Source: Planctomycetota bacterium (GTDB taxonomy: Bacteria; Planctomycetota; UBA11346). From it: DNA of 64,000 bases. The translations under genes were made by a program, and so were the position numbers. The DNA lies in contig JACDEI010000021.1 of NCBI GenBank assembly GCA_013816485.1, forward strand, positions 3,802 to 67,801, read 5' to 3'. The notes beneath the pieces are model-generated. The model was not told the origin of the DNA and made no database searches. It worked only from the letters and a program-made list of their open reading frames with translations. Shown here in pieces: positions 48,409 through 58,278 of this stretch. The number at the start of each line of letters is the position of its first letter. The stretch's first letter is position 1.

Positions 48409-48608
48409 TTCAGGCCTGTTTTCGCCTACGGCGAAAACACCCCGCTGCGCGGGGTTACCCGGCTTCGCCGGGTAGGCCTGAGTTCGCCGTCAGGGGGTCT
48501 GGCGACCCCCCGACAACGCGCCTGCGGCGCTGCCCCCCTAACGCGAACGCGCCACTGCGTGCTGCGCACGCCATCCGCTGCGCGGATGCTCGCCTGCGGC
48601 GAGGTGGC
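48409..48608. other. Highly structured element: multi-way junctions with seven TNC/GNA-triloop hairpins
   Basis: Hairpins read directly from the sequence (see findings). Confidence 0.8.
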
Positions 48609-48632
48609 TGGGTTGGTTTGAGTCGGGAATAA

Positions 48633-48669
48633 AACACGAAACGCCGGCCTTTGGCCGGCGTTTCGTGTT
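48633..48669. terminator. Bidirectional terminator-like hairpin
   Basis: AACACGAAACGCCGGCC-TTT-GGCCGGCGTTTCGTGTT between convergent genes. Confidence 0.8.
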
Positions 48670-48687
48670 GCTGCGATCGTTGGTCGA

Positions 48688-49173
48688 TCAGGACGGCTGA
48701 GGTCCTGGAGGACTTGCGGGTGCCGCCGGCTTGGTGAAATGGAAGTCGAGGTGGCATGACGCCACGTCGGTGCCGCTGACGGTCAACCACAACAACGTGC
48801 GGATCGCGAGCACCGAGCCGACCACGCGATCCTTCGCTGGGATTGGCGCCGGGATGCGCAGCTCCGGCAGGTGCAGGGCCATCTCGAACACCGGCACCTG
48901 GGTTTCATTGATGACGATCTCCGCCTGCGCCTCCAGCATCGGCCGTGCGTTCGGGGCTGCGCCGCGATCCATCATCGTCAATTTCATCGGGTAGGTTCCC
49001 GGTCGTTCGACCTGGAGTCGGATGTAGGCCTGGATGGTGTGCAGCACCAGTTCGTCGTTCGGCGTCTGCCAATGCGTATACGTCCCCGCGATGATCCATT
49101 TCCCCTGATCGGTGCGGTACACCTGATCAGCGAGGATGAGCGTACCGCGGATGTCGCGTAGGGGGGTGGTCAT
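48688..49173 (-). CDS. Hypothetical protein (DUF6941-like beta-sandwich)
   Basis: LILADQVYRTDQGKWIIAGTY N-terminal pattern. Confidence 0.65.
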   Translation of the reverse strand: MTTPLRDIRGTLILADQVYRTDQGKWIIAGTYTHWQTPNDELVLHTIQAYIRLQVERPGTYPMKLTMMDRGAAPNARPMLEAQAEIVINETQVPVFEMALHLPELRIPAPIPAKDRVVGSVLAIRTLLWLTVSGTDVASCHLDFHFTKPAAPASPPGPQPS

Positions 49174-49282
49174 GGCAGAAGTCTGTGGCGCGGACTCTGC
49201 CGACCAATGAGGAAGGCGTGACGAAACAACAGGGTCGATTTTGTTGGTGGTGTGAAGGGCCGCCTGCGATCATGCTGGCCGC

Positions 49283-49771
49283 ATGATTCGCGACCATCTG
49301 TTACCGTGGTTGTTTGGCTGGCATCCAGTGCTCGGCGGTTCCGAGGGCGCCGATCCCGACGCGCTTGGTCGTATCTTTGATGCACTCATCACGGTGCCGG
49401 GCATCGTGATGCTCATCGCCATGATGGTGGTTGTCGTGATGTCATCGCGTTCCAGACCAGTCCTGACTGGCTTGGCGCTGCTGTGCATGACCAGTCTGGT
49501 TCTGGCATCTGTGGTTGCCGGATTTGAAGGCATGGTGTTCAAGCACGATGAACCGTTGCACCATCTTGGCAGCCTGTTGTTCATCGTCGGTGCTTGGTTC
49601 TGCTCATTACTTTTCCTGCTTACTCTCTTCATGGTGCGGCGATCCCACTCGCTCTCGTGGTTGGAAGTGGTGATCTTGACCTGGGGTGTCCTGTTCTGGC
49701 ATCTCTGGAGCTTCGCACCGCTCAAGGTGGCAGGGATGCTTTATTGGAATCTGCTGGGGCAATCGCGCTGA
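49283..49771 (+). CDS. Hypothetical multi-pass membrane protein
   Basis: About 4 hydrophobic segments, lower GC. Confidence 0.6.
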   Translation: MIRDHLLPWLFGWHPVLGGSEGADPDALGRIFDALITVPGIVMLIAMMVVVVMSSRSRPVLTGLALLCMTSLVLASVVAGFEGMVFKHDEPLHHLGSLLFIVGAWFCSLLFLLTLFMVRRSHSLSWLEVVILTWGVLFWHLWSFAPLKVAGMLYWNLLGQSR

Positions 49772-49851
49772 GGAAGTCGCGTAGGGGTGTCAGGGATGCG
49801 ACTGTCGAGTGCGTATGACCGAAGCCAGACGGTCCCCAAGATCATTCCATG

Positions 49852-49995
49852 TTCTTGACCCCGCAGCGCGACCCGAAGAAAGCCCGGGGTGCCAACCAGT
49901 TCTCACCCCGGGCTATCTTCGGGTCGCTGCTGGGCGGCTCAAGAATTCGGGTCGCCGCTGGGCGGCTCAAGAATTCGGGTCGCCGCTGGGCGGCT
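49852..49995. repeat. Long hairpin whose right arm is tandemly amplified (28-bp unit, about 2.8 copies)
   Basis: GCGACCCGAAGAAAGCCCGGGGTG / CACCCCGGGCTATCTTCGGGTCGC; unit TTCGGGTCGCCGCTGGGCGGCTCAAGAA. Confidence 0.88.
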
Positions 49996-50000
49996 GGACT

Positions 50001-51917
50001 TCACTTCACCTGCCACCGCTCATCAAAGAACCCCGCGTCCACGATCTTCCCAGGCGCGGTATCGCTCGCTGGCGTGCGGATGTCGATGACGGCCCAATCT
50101 GGCAACTTGGGGTTCTGCTGCGAGTTGGTCTTGTCGTGGGCCTCGCGGAAGGTCAGGCCGCTGTTGAGCACCACGTACTTCGCGGGATTGAGCGGATTGG
50201 GATAGACACACACGGGGACGTGCTGCGCGCCGGTGAATGACTTGGCGCCGACCGTCACCGACGTGCCATCCCACTGCACCGGCAGTTTGCCCATGACCTT
50301 CGCCGTCACGCTGTTGGCCGTGGCGTCGCCCCACAGGATCAGGTTGGAGGACGCGATGTCTTCGGCGGTGACTTCGCTGTCCTGCTTCACTCGCCATTCG
50401 CCACGCATTAGCGCCGACCAGCGGGTGCGTTGGTGCGCGCTTTCTTTTTTCACCCAGGTGTCAACCGCGGTGTCGGCGCAGGGTTTGGACGGCAGTACGA
50501 TCAGGAAGCGACTCATGAAGGCGTCGTCGATCGGGCCCTGCAAACCTGGGGATTTGTGCAGACCGGACGGTTCGTCCTTGGCGAGTGTCCAGGTATCGCC
50601 GCTGCGTTCGAACACCGCGCCATCCTTTACCGTGTTGACCTTGAGCGCCTGGCCGTCGAGCGTCACCGTCGCACCGCTCTTCAGCTTCGGCCACGTCAGG
50701 CGCAAGCGCGTGATGTTGCTGGTGGTCGCGGTAATACCCTTGGCGTCCGCCTGGGCGTCGACGCGCGCATCCTTCCAGTGTTCACCGAGGCCGAGCGCTT
50801 CGACCCAGTACTGTTTGGCGTAGCGCAGCGTCTTGGTCTGGAAGTAGACCTGCTCCGGAGCGGTGGTGCGGCCTTTGGCCAGTGCGGCGGTGGTGAAGGC
50901 CATCACCTGTTTCATGTAGTCCGGGTGGTATTTGTGCCCGGTCTTCGGCGCGATTAGGTGTTCCAGCTTCTTGCCGTGTGCTTCGTAGGCTTCGCCCAGG
51001 ATGATGCCGGCTTTCATCTGCGTATCTTCTTCACCGCTGTAGGCGATCACCGGGATGTTAAAGAGGTTGCGCACGTAGTCCGGTGAATCGTAGAGGCCCC
51101 ACAGCGTCGCCTCCCAGGTTGGAGTCTCCTCGATCTTGAGATTGAGGTAGCGACGTGTCTCGGCGAAACCCGCACCGGCATGCATCACCGCCCAGTGGTC
51201 GGCGTAGTGTGCGCCCAAATGTTTCGCGCCGGCGCCGCCCATGGAAAAGCCCATCAGCGCCACGCGATCGGGATCGATCTTGTAGTTCGCCTGCACGTGG
51301 GCGATGGCTTCGAACACATCGATTTCGCCTGCGCTTTTGAAGCCGACGCACTGCCGACCGAAGACGTGGAGCACGATGCCGTCACCCGGCTTGATCTCGC
51401 TGCCACCGCCGGCTCGCCCCTTGATGAAATGCAGATCGGTGTCGTTGTCGCCCCGCCCATGCAGCCAGACGTAGAGCGGACACGGTTTTCCGAAGTCGAG
51501 TTTGTCCGGGATGATCAGCCCGTAGGGCTGCACCGAATCGTCGAGCGACGACACGTACCCACGCACCACTCCGCCGCGCTGGGTGGTCCACGGCGCGGCC
51601 TTGAGTTTGTCGAGCCGCTCACGCGCTTGCGCCAGCGCCCAGTCGGCCTTGGGCAGGTCCTTGACCAGGTCATAGAATTCCCGGTGCCGCAGCGCGAGGT
51701 CCACCGCCTTGGTGAAGACCGCCACGTCGGCGGTGAGCGCTCCGCTCTGTTTCGCCAACGCCGTGTTCAGTTCATCAACCGTCGCGCGTAAACGCTTCGC
51801 ATCCGCCTCCGGCACCTCCTTGCCCACGGGCGGCAGCTTGCGCGGGATGTTCGGCCAGCCGTCGGCAGCGGTGACGAAGGACGAGACGAGCACGAGGGCG
51901 AGCAGCGGTCGGAGCAT
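50001..51917 (-). CDS. Secreted alpha/beta hydrolase (esterase / S9 peptidase-like)
   Basis: Signal peptide; WLHGRG; GFSMGG nucleophile; GEED; GH. Confidence 0.88.
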   Translation of the reverse strand: MLRPLLALVLVSSFVTAADGWPNIPRKLPPVGKEVPEADAKRLRATVDELNTALAKQSGALTADVAVFTKAVDLALRHREFYDLVKDLPKADWALAQARERLDKLKAAPWTTQRGGVVRGYVSSLDDSVQPYGLIIPDKLDFGKPCPLYVWLHGRGDNDTDLHFIKGRAGGGSEIKPGDGIVLHVFGRQCVGFKSAGEIDVFEAIAHVQANYKIDPDRVALMGFSMGGAGAKHLGAHYADHWAVMHAGAGFAETRRYLNLKIEETPTWEATLWGLYDSPDYVRNLFNIPVIAYSGEEDTQMKAGIILGEAYEAHGKKLEHLIAPKTGHKYHPDYMKQVMAFTTAALAKGRTTAPEQVYFQTKTLRYAKQYWVEALGLGEHWKDARVDAQADAKGITATTSNITRLRLTWPKLKSGATVTLDGQALKVNTVKDGAVFERSGDTWTLAKDEPSGLHKSPGLQGPIDDAFMSRFLIVLPSKPCADTAVDTWVKKESAHQRTRWSALMRGEWRVKQDSEVTAEDIASSNLILWGDATANSVTAKVMGKLPVQWDGTSVTVGAKSFTGAQHVPVCVYPNPLNPAKYVVLNSGLTFREAHDKTNSQQNPKLPDWAVIDIRTPASDTAPGKIVDAGFFDERWQVK

Positions 51918-52201
51918 GGGAGTCCTAGTGGGAAGGATGCAGCAGGTACACCGCTGCTGTCATCGTCGTTGTCCACCCAACCCGATGCTTGTCAGCGGGA
52001 TGGTGTGTGAGGCCGGGCACGTATGGGATCCGCGCAGGTTGCGTCGGCATCCAGTGGTGTATTAGGTCAGGGGCTTCGCCCCCGCGGCCCGGCGGGCCTG
52101 CCACGCCAGCACGGGCAGAATGCGCCGCGTGCAACATGCAGGGTTCTGTAGGAGGGGGTTTCCCCCGTTACACCTGTACCCCAACCCGGCACATACCCCA
52201 C

Positions 52202-52735
52202 ATGCCGGCCGCGTCCTCCGATCGTGATGACACCACCCAGGTCCGCGCCGCCCTCGACGCGGAGCTGCCGCGGCTGCGTGCCTTCCTGCGTCACCTGCTG
52301 CCGCCGGCGGACGCCGACGACGTGGCGCAGGACGTGTGCCTGGAGGTCCTGCGCAGTCCTGGAGTGCTGCTGCGGGGCGACAACCCCGGCGCCTACCTGC
52401 GTGGCATCGCGCGACATCTCGCCAGCCGTCATCGCCGGCGTTACCCGCGACATCAGGCGGTGGAGGAGTACCTCGCCCTGACCTGGGATCAGGTCGAGCC
52501 GGAGGACCACGCGCAGGAACAGGCCGCACTTAAGGCGTGTATGGACGGGCTCGGCGAGCGTCTGCGGCAGATGCTCGACCTGCGCTATCAGGACGGCCTC
52601 AACGCGACCCAGATCGGTGAACGCTTGCGCATGTCCGCCGAAGGCGTGCGCATGGCGCTGATGCGTGGCCGCAACGCGCTGGCGCGTTGCCTGGGTGGAC
52701 GTCTGGCGACCCAGGACGCGGAGCGTGTGCCATGA
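52202..52735 (+). CDS. ECF sigma-70 factor
   Basis: ADDVAQDVCL, AYLRGIARH, LRYQDG...IGERL...VRMALMRGRNALARC. Confidence 0.92.
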   Translation: MPAASSDRDDTTQVRAALDAELPRLRAFLRHLLPPADADDVAQDVCLEVLRSPGVLLRGDNPGAYLRGIARHLASRHRRRYPRHQAVEEYLALTWDQVEPEDHAQEQAALKACMDGLGERLRQMLDLRYQDGLNATQIGERLRMSAEGVRMALMRGRNALARCLGGRLATQDAERVP

Positions 52736-54234
52736 GCGCAGCGCCTGCCGCGAGTGGACCATCTGCCGCGAGCGGACCATGCGTCACCTGGGGCGAACGT
52801 GCGGCGGGCATGCTCGATCCCGAGGCGGTACGCGACCAGGCCGCAGCCTTCATCGCGCATCTGCCAGGTTGCCCAGGCTGCCGCGTGGTGGTCGAGCAGA
52901 CCATCCGCTGCGAACGTCTGCTCGCCACCGCCGTGGTGCTGCGTGCACCGCAGCGCGTCACCGAGCGGCGTGGCTCGTCGACCTCGAGCATCCGACGTAC
53001 CACCGCGACCATCCGCCGCCGCAAGACACGGCCGCTGTCGTTCCTGCCGTGGGCAGGTGGCATCGCAGCGTTGCTGGCGGTCGCGGTGGTGATCGGGGTG
53101 AGCGGTCGTGACGGCACGCCGGCATTCGCCACGCTGGAGAACGCCACCGCCGTGACCATCGATGGTCGCAGTGCGCGTGCCGGTATGGTGCTCGTTCCTG
53201 GGGTCGACCTGCGTGGTGGCCCGGCACAAGTGCGGTTGGCTGATGGCACGCGTCTATGGCTCGATGCCGACACGCGTCTGTCGTTAGCCGCGGGTGGAAC
53301 GCTGCGCAGCGGTGGCCGCACGGGCGTGTTCGTCCGCCTCGATGACGGTGCGGTCGGCGTCTCGGCCAAGCCGCAGGATCCTGCCGCTCCGCTCGTGGTG
53401 CAGACGCCGCTGGCCGAGACCGTGGTGGTCGGCACTGCTTTCCGCGTCGCCCACGACAGCAGCGGTAGCGAACTGACGGTCAGCAGCGGCACGGTGAAGC
53501 TGGTGAGCAAGGACGGCGAACGCCTAGTCACCGCCGGCAGCCACGCACGGGTCGAGTTGGCACCGCCGCCGGCCACGCTCATCGCCAGCTTCAGCGCATC
53601 ATCAGTGGTCGGAACCACCGCACCCAACCAACCGCTCACGGGCTGGGCCGGTAACGGGTCGTTGCTGGCGCTGCCACCCGGCGGCAGCCAGCAGCCGAAC
53701 CTGCGTCAGCTCGACAAGGGTTATGGCCTGTGCTTCAACGGTCGTGACCAGCAGCTCGCCACGTCATTGCCGACCATTCCGGCGCAGCACGGCCTGACGC
53801 TCATCGCCCTGGTGATCCCGATCAATCCCGGTCGTGATCAGACGGTGGTTGCACTTAGTGAGGGTAAACGCGCGCGCCTGACCCTGGTGCGCCATGACCT
53901 CAATCCAGGTACCATCGCTGCGACCATCGATGGCACGGAACGTGTGCGCATCGACGTGCCGAACGGCAAACACTGGTCAGTCGCCTGTCGTTGGCAGGCG
54001 GATGGCAGCGCCGTGCTGAACCTTGCCGCGGGCGCGGGGAAGCGTGTCGCCGGGTCACCGCCCAGCGCCATCCTTGCGCCGCACCTCACGTTCGGCAGCT
54101 CGTCTCGCGGACGGGCGCTCGAAGGCGATATCATCGCCGTCGAACTGCATGCCGGTGTGCTCGATGATGCCGCGTTGGCGGCGCGTGTACGCGCCCTCGC
54201 CAGCGCCAACCGTTTCCCCATTACCGACTGGTGA
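52732..54234 (+). CDS. Anti-sigma factor: ZAS (HxxxCxxC) + TM + FecR + LamG/ConA-like domain
   Basis: HLPGCPGC; TM; LADGTRLWL...VQTPLAETVVVGTAF; C-terminal LEGDIIAVELHAGVL; ATGA overlap with the sigma gene. Confidence 0.85.
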   Translation: MSAAPAASGPSAASGPCVTWGERAAGMLDPEAVRDQAAAFIAHLPGCPGCRVVVEQTIRCERLLATAVVLRAPQRVTERRGSSTSSIRRTTATIRRRKTRPLSFLPWAGGIAALLAVAVVIGVSGRDGTPAFATLENATAVTIDGRSARAGMVLVPGVDLRGGPAQVRLADGTRLWLDADTRLSLAAGGTLRSGGRTGVFVRLDDGAVGVSAKPQDPAAPLVVQTPLAETVVVGTAFRVAHDSSGSELTVSSGTVKLVSKDGERLVTAGSHARVELAPPPATLIASFSASSVVGTTAPNQPLTGWAGNGSLLALPPGGSQQPNLRQLDKGYGLCFNGRDQQLATSLPTIPAQHGLTLIALVIPINPGRDQTVVALSEGKRARLTLVRHDLNPGTIAATIDGTERVRIDVPNGKHWSVACRWQADGSAVLNLAAGAGKRVAGSPPSAILAPHLTFGSSSRGRALEGDIIAVELHAGVLDDAALAARVRALASANRFPITDW

Positions 54235-54313
54235 AGACCAGTCGCACAGCAGAGGTGATATGCCGATCGTTGAACACGCCCTGGGTGATTGCCACCCGAA
54301 GACTGGAGAAACC

Positions 54314-57300
54314 ATGACTGCCACGTCCATGCTGTCCCGCTGCCGTCACCGTGTGTTGTCTGGCGGATTCGCCGTATTTTTTCTGGTACTGGTGATCGGC
54401 AGTGCTCATGCCGCCACCATCCCGGCCGGTTTCGCCGAGACCCAGATCGCTACCGGGCTCGACCCCACGACCATGACCTTCGCGCCGGATGGCCGGTTAT
54501 TCCTCTGCGAGAAGCCTGGGCGCGTGCGCGTGATCAAGAACGGCGCGCTGCTTGCCACACCGTTCGCCGATTTCACCAGTGTGGTCGACAACACCAACGA
54601 ACGCGGACTGATGAGCGTGTGTTTCGATCCGTCGTTCAGCAGCAACAACTGGGTCTACGTCTACTACACGCGCAAGGAGGGCACGCGGCGTTTCCACCGG
54701 GTCGGGCGCTATACCGCCAGCGGCGATGTCGCTAGCGGCGGTGAGAGCGTGATCATCGACCTGAGCGACCTGGGTGGCGCCGGCAATCACAACGGCGGTG
54801 GCCTGCGTTTTGGTCAGGACGGCAAGCTTTACATCTCCACCGGTGAGAACGCCAACGGCGCGAACGCGCAGAACACCGGCAACCAGCTCGGCAAGCTGCT
54901 GCGCATCAACAAGGACGGCTCGATCCCGACGGATAATCCCAACTACAACAACGCCAACTACACCGGCAACAACCGCGCGATCGTCGCGCTCGGTCTGCGC
55001 AATGCCTTCACCCTCGCTGTGCAACGCACCACCGGCTTGCTCTACGTCAACGATGTCGGCGCGAGTTATGAGGAGATCCACCGTTACGATACCAATGTCG
55101 CGCCGATCCATCGCAACTACGGCTGGAGCACCATCGACGGCCCGATCGGTTCGCAGACCGCTCCGAGCGGCTACGCCAATCCGGTGCACGCCTACAACAC
55201 CAACAAGAGTGCGATCTGCGGCGGTGATTTTTACAACCCGCTGAGCCCTGGGGGCGATGCCTTCCCATCGTCGTACACCGGCAAGTACTTCTTCTGCGAC
55301 TATACGGGGTGGATCAAATACCTCGATCCGAGCAGCGGCACGCGCACGGATTTCGCCACCAGCGTCGCGCGCCCGATCGATGTCGAGATCGCTCCTGACG
55401 GTGCGCTGTGGTACATCGCGCGCGCTGGTATGGGCGGTGGTTCGGATGCGGACAACACCTCGACCACCAATGGTTCGCTCTGGCGCATGCGCTGGACCGG
55501 CGGTGGTCAGGCCAACCGCGTGGCGTTCATCCAGCAGCCGAGCACCATCAACGCGGGAGCGACCATCAGCCCGGCGGTGCGCGTGGCGATCCAGGATTCC
55601 TCCGGCAACACCGTGACCTCGTCGACGGCGACGGTGACCGTGGCGATCGGGACCAATCCGGGCGGCGCGACGCTCGCGGGAACCACCACCGTGGCGGCGG
55701 TGAACGGCGTGGCGACCTTCAGCAATCTCAGCCTGAACAACGTCGGCAGCGGCTACACGCTCACCGTGTCGTCGTCGGGTCTGAGCGGCGCGACCAGCAG
55801 CACCTTCAACGTCCAGGCGCAGGTGGCGACCCCGGTGATCACACCGGATGGCGGCAGCTACAGCGGGCCGGTGTGGGTGCAGATCACCACCGCGACCAGC
55901 GGCACCACCATCCGCTACACCACCGATGGTTCGACGCCGAACGGTTCGTCGTCGACCTACAGCGGACCGTTCCAACGCACGGCAACCACCACGGTGCGCG
56001 CCTATGCCACGCGCAGCGACTTCAGCGACAGCACGGTGGCTTTGGCGACGATCAGCGTGAACGGTGCGACTGCGTACGGCATCGACTACCGTCCCCCGGT
56101 CACCGGAATTGCCATGCCGGCGGCGGTGACTGGCACGATGCCGGGCACGTTGTCGGGGACCGGCGTGTTCAGCACCGCCAGTTCGCTGACGGTCAAACCC
56201 GGTGTGGTGCCCTATGACATGATCAATCCGTTGTGGTCGGACAACGCGGACAAACGCCGGTGGGTCGCCCTGCCGGGCACGGCGAAGATCGGCTTCAACG
56301 CCACTGGTGAGTTCACCTGGCCTGGTGGCACCGTGCTGGTCAAACATTTCGAGATCGCCAAGTCCGGTGGCGGCACGCGGCGGTTGGAGACCCGCGTGCT
56401 GGTGCTCGATGCCGCCGGCACCAACGGCTATGGCGTGACCTACAAGTGGAGAGCCGACAACAGCGAGGCCGATCTGGTGGCCGCGGGCGGACAGGACGAG
56501 GTGCTGAGCGACGTGGCCGGTTCGCCGACCTGGCGCTACCCGTCGCGTGACCAGTGCCTGCAATGCCACACCACCACCGCTGGTTTCGTGCTGGGACCGA
56601 AGACGCGCCAGCTCAACCGCAGCTACGCCTACCCGAGCGGTCGCAGTGACAACCAGCTGCGCACCTGGAACTACCTGCAGATGTTCAGCAACCGCATCGA
56701 TGAGGGGGCCATCGCTGGCCTGCGCAAGCTGGTGTCGATCACCGACACCGGCGCATCGGTGGAGACCCGGGTGCGTTCGTATCTCGATTCCAACTGCGCT
56801 GGTTGCCACCGCCCAGGGGGCAGCGGGGCGGCGTTCGACACGCGCTTCGATGTCGCCATGGATCAGCAGGCGATCATCCACGGCGACCTGCGCGATGCGC
56901 TCGGTATCAGCGGCGCGAAGGTGGTGGTGCCGCGGGATCTGGCCAAGTCGGTCATGCACCTGCGTATGCAGTCGAACGATCCGGTGCGGCGCATGCCGCC
57001 GGTGGGCCGCAACGTGGTCCACAGCGCGGCGGTGGATCTGATCGCGCAATGGATCGGAGCGCTGCCGAACGGCAGCGGCCTCACAGGCGAGTACTGGACC
57101 AACCAGGACAAGACCTTCACCGGCACGGCGACGGTGACGCGCACCGATGCAGTGGTCGATTTCACCTGGGGCAACGGCTCGCCGGATGCGGCAATCACCG
57201 CTGACAAGTTCACCGTGCGTTGGACCGGCAAGGTCCAGCCGGCGGTGAGCGAGACCTACACCTTCTTCACCACCACTGATGACGGCGTGCGGCTGTGGGT

Positions 57301-58264
57301 GAACAACCAGCTCGTCATCGACCAGTGGGTCGACCAGGCACCGACCGAATCGAGTGGCAGCATCGCCCTGACCGGTGGCACGCAGTACGACGTGAAGCTT
57401 GAATACTTCGAGAACGGCGGTGGTGCCGAAGCCGAGCTGCGCTGGTCGAGCCCATCGACTTTCAAGGCGATCGTGCCGATGTACCGCCTGTTCCCCGCCA
57501 GCGGCGGTAGCCAGACCTTCGCCAGTCTGGTGGTGACGCCGGCCTCGGCGACGGTGGTCAACGGTGGCTCGGTGCGTTTCCGTGGTGAAGCACGCGATGG
57601 CAGCGGCGCGCCGCTCTCATCACAGCCGACCATCACCTGGACGGTCAGCGGCGGCGGCAGCATCGCGGCGGACGGCACCTTCACGCCGTCCACCGTCGGC
57701 GGGCCGTACACGGTCACCGGCAGCGCGACGGTCAGCGGCGTGACGCGCACCAACACCTCGCAGGTGACGGTGACCGCGGCGTTCAGTGCCAAGATCAACT
57801 TCCAGCCGGCGAGCTCGCCGGTGCCGTCGGGCTGGCAGGTCGATGCCGGACTGGTCTACGGTTCACGCGGCAATGGCCTGACCTATGGCTGGAACGCCGG
57901 CGTCGCCGATACGCTGCGCGATCGCAACCTGCTGAGCGATCAGTCTCGCGACACCCTGGTGCATCTGCAGAAGCCCACGGTGCCCGATGCGGTGTGGGAG
58001 CTCGCGGTGCCGAACGGCACCTACCAGGTAGTGGCGGTCAGCGGTGATCCAGGATACTTCGATGGAGTGTTCAAAACCACGGCCGAAGGCACCTTGATCA
58101 TCAACGGCACACCGACCACCGGCAACCGTTTCGTCGAGACGGTCACCGGTGGCGCGACGGTGATCGTCAGCGATGGCAGGTTGACGCTGCGCAGCGGCAG
58201 TGGGGCGGCGAACAACAAGCTGAATTCCGTCGAAGTCGTCCAAGTCCCGGTCGCGATCCAGTGA
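54314..58264 (+). CDS. Large secreted protein: PQQ glucose/sorbosone dehydrogenase + Ig/FN3-like + two c-type heme motifs + PA14 + Ig + carbohydrate-binding-like domain
   Basis: ERGLMS, NHNGGGLRFGQDGKLY, GLRNAF; IRYTTDGSTP; CLQCH and CAGCH; FTVRWTG...DDGVRLWV. Confidence 0.88.
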   Translation: MTATSMLSRCRHRVLSGGFAVFFLVLVIGSAHAATIPAGFAETQIATGLDPTTMTFAPDGRLFLCEKPGRVRVIKNGALLATPFADFTSVVDNTNERGLMSVCFDPSFSSNNWVYVYYTRKEGTRRFHRVGRYTASGDVASGGESVIIDLSDLGGAGNHNGGGLRFGQDGKLYISTGENANGANAQNTGNQLGKLLRINKDGSIPTDNPNYNNANYTGNNRAIVALGLRNAFTLAVQRTTGLLYVNDVGASYEEIHRYDTNVAPIHRNYGWSTIDGPIGSQTAPSGYANPVHAYNTNKSAICGGDFYNPLSPGGDAFPSSYTGKYFFCDYTGWIKYLDPSSGTRTDFATSVARPIDVEIAPDGALWYIARAGMGGGSDADNTSTTNGSLWRMRWTGGGQANRVAFIQQPSTINAGATISPAVRVAIQDSSGNTVTSSTATVTVAIGTNPGGATLAGTTTVAAVNGVATFSNLSLNNVGSGYTLTVSSSGLSGATSSTFNVQAQVATPVITPDGGSYSGPVWVQITTATSGTTIRYTTDGSTPNGSSSTYSGPFQRTATTTVRAYATRSDFSDSTVALATISVNGATAYGIDYRPPVTGIAMPAAVTGTMPGTLSGTGVFSTASSLTVKPGVVPYDMINPLWSDNADKRRWVALPGTAKIGFNATGEFTWPGGTVLVKHFEIAKSGGGTRRLETRVLVLDAAGTNGYGVTYKWRADNSEADLVAAGGQDEVLSDVAGSPTWRYPSRDQCLQCHTTTAGFVLGPKTRQLNRSYAYPSGRSDNQLRTWNYLQMFSNRIDEGAIAGLRKLVSITDTGASVETRVRSYLDSNCAGCHRPGGSGAAFDTRFDVAMDQQAIIHGDLRDALGISGAKVVVPRDLAKSVMHLRMQSNDPVRRMPPVGRNVVHSAAVDLIAQWIGALPNGSGLTGEYWTNQDKTFTGTATVTRTDAVVDFTWGNGSPDAAITADKFTVRWTGKVQPAVSETYTFFTTTDDGVRLWVNNQLVIDQWVDQAPTESSGSIALTGGTQYDVKLEYFENGGGAEAELRWSSPSTFKAIVPMYRLFPASGGSQTFASLVVTPASATVVNGGSVRFRGEARDGSGAPLSSQPTITWTVSGGGSIAADGTFTPSTVGGPYTVTGSATVSGVTRTNTSQVTVTAAFSAKINFQPASSPVPSGWQVDAGLVYGSRGNGLTYGWNAGVADTLRDRNLLSDQSRDTLVHLQKPTVPDAVWELAVPNGTYQVVAVSGDPGYFDGVFKTTAEGTLIINGTPTTGNRFVETVTGGATVIVSDGRLTLRSGSGAANNKLNSVEVVQVPVAIQ

Positions 58265-58278
58265 AAGGGGAACCAGCC

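Noticed and set aside
48409-48482. tRNA (cloverleaf of about 74 nt)
   Set aside because: All loops are 3 nt; there is no anticodon loop, TTC-RA T-loop, D-loop GG or CCA end.
49918-49995. CRISPR array (28-bp repeats)
   Set aside because: No spacers, and fewer than three full units.
52745-52780. 18-bp tandem duplication at the FecR N-terminus (similar short duplications near 5760, 23511 and 2615)
   Set aside because: In-frame slippage in low-complexity regions with no evidence of a separate function.
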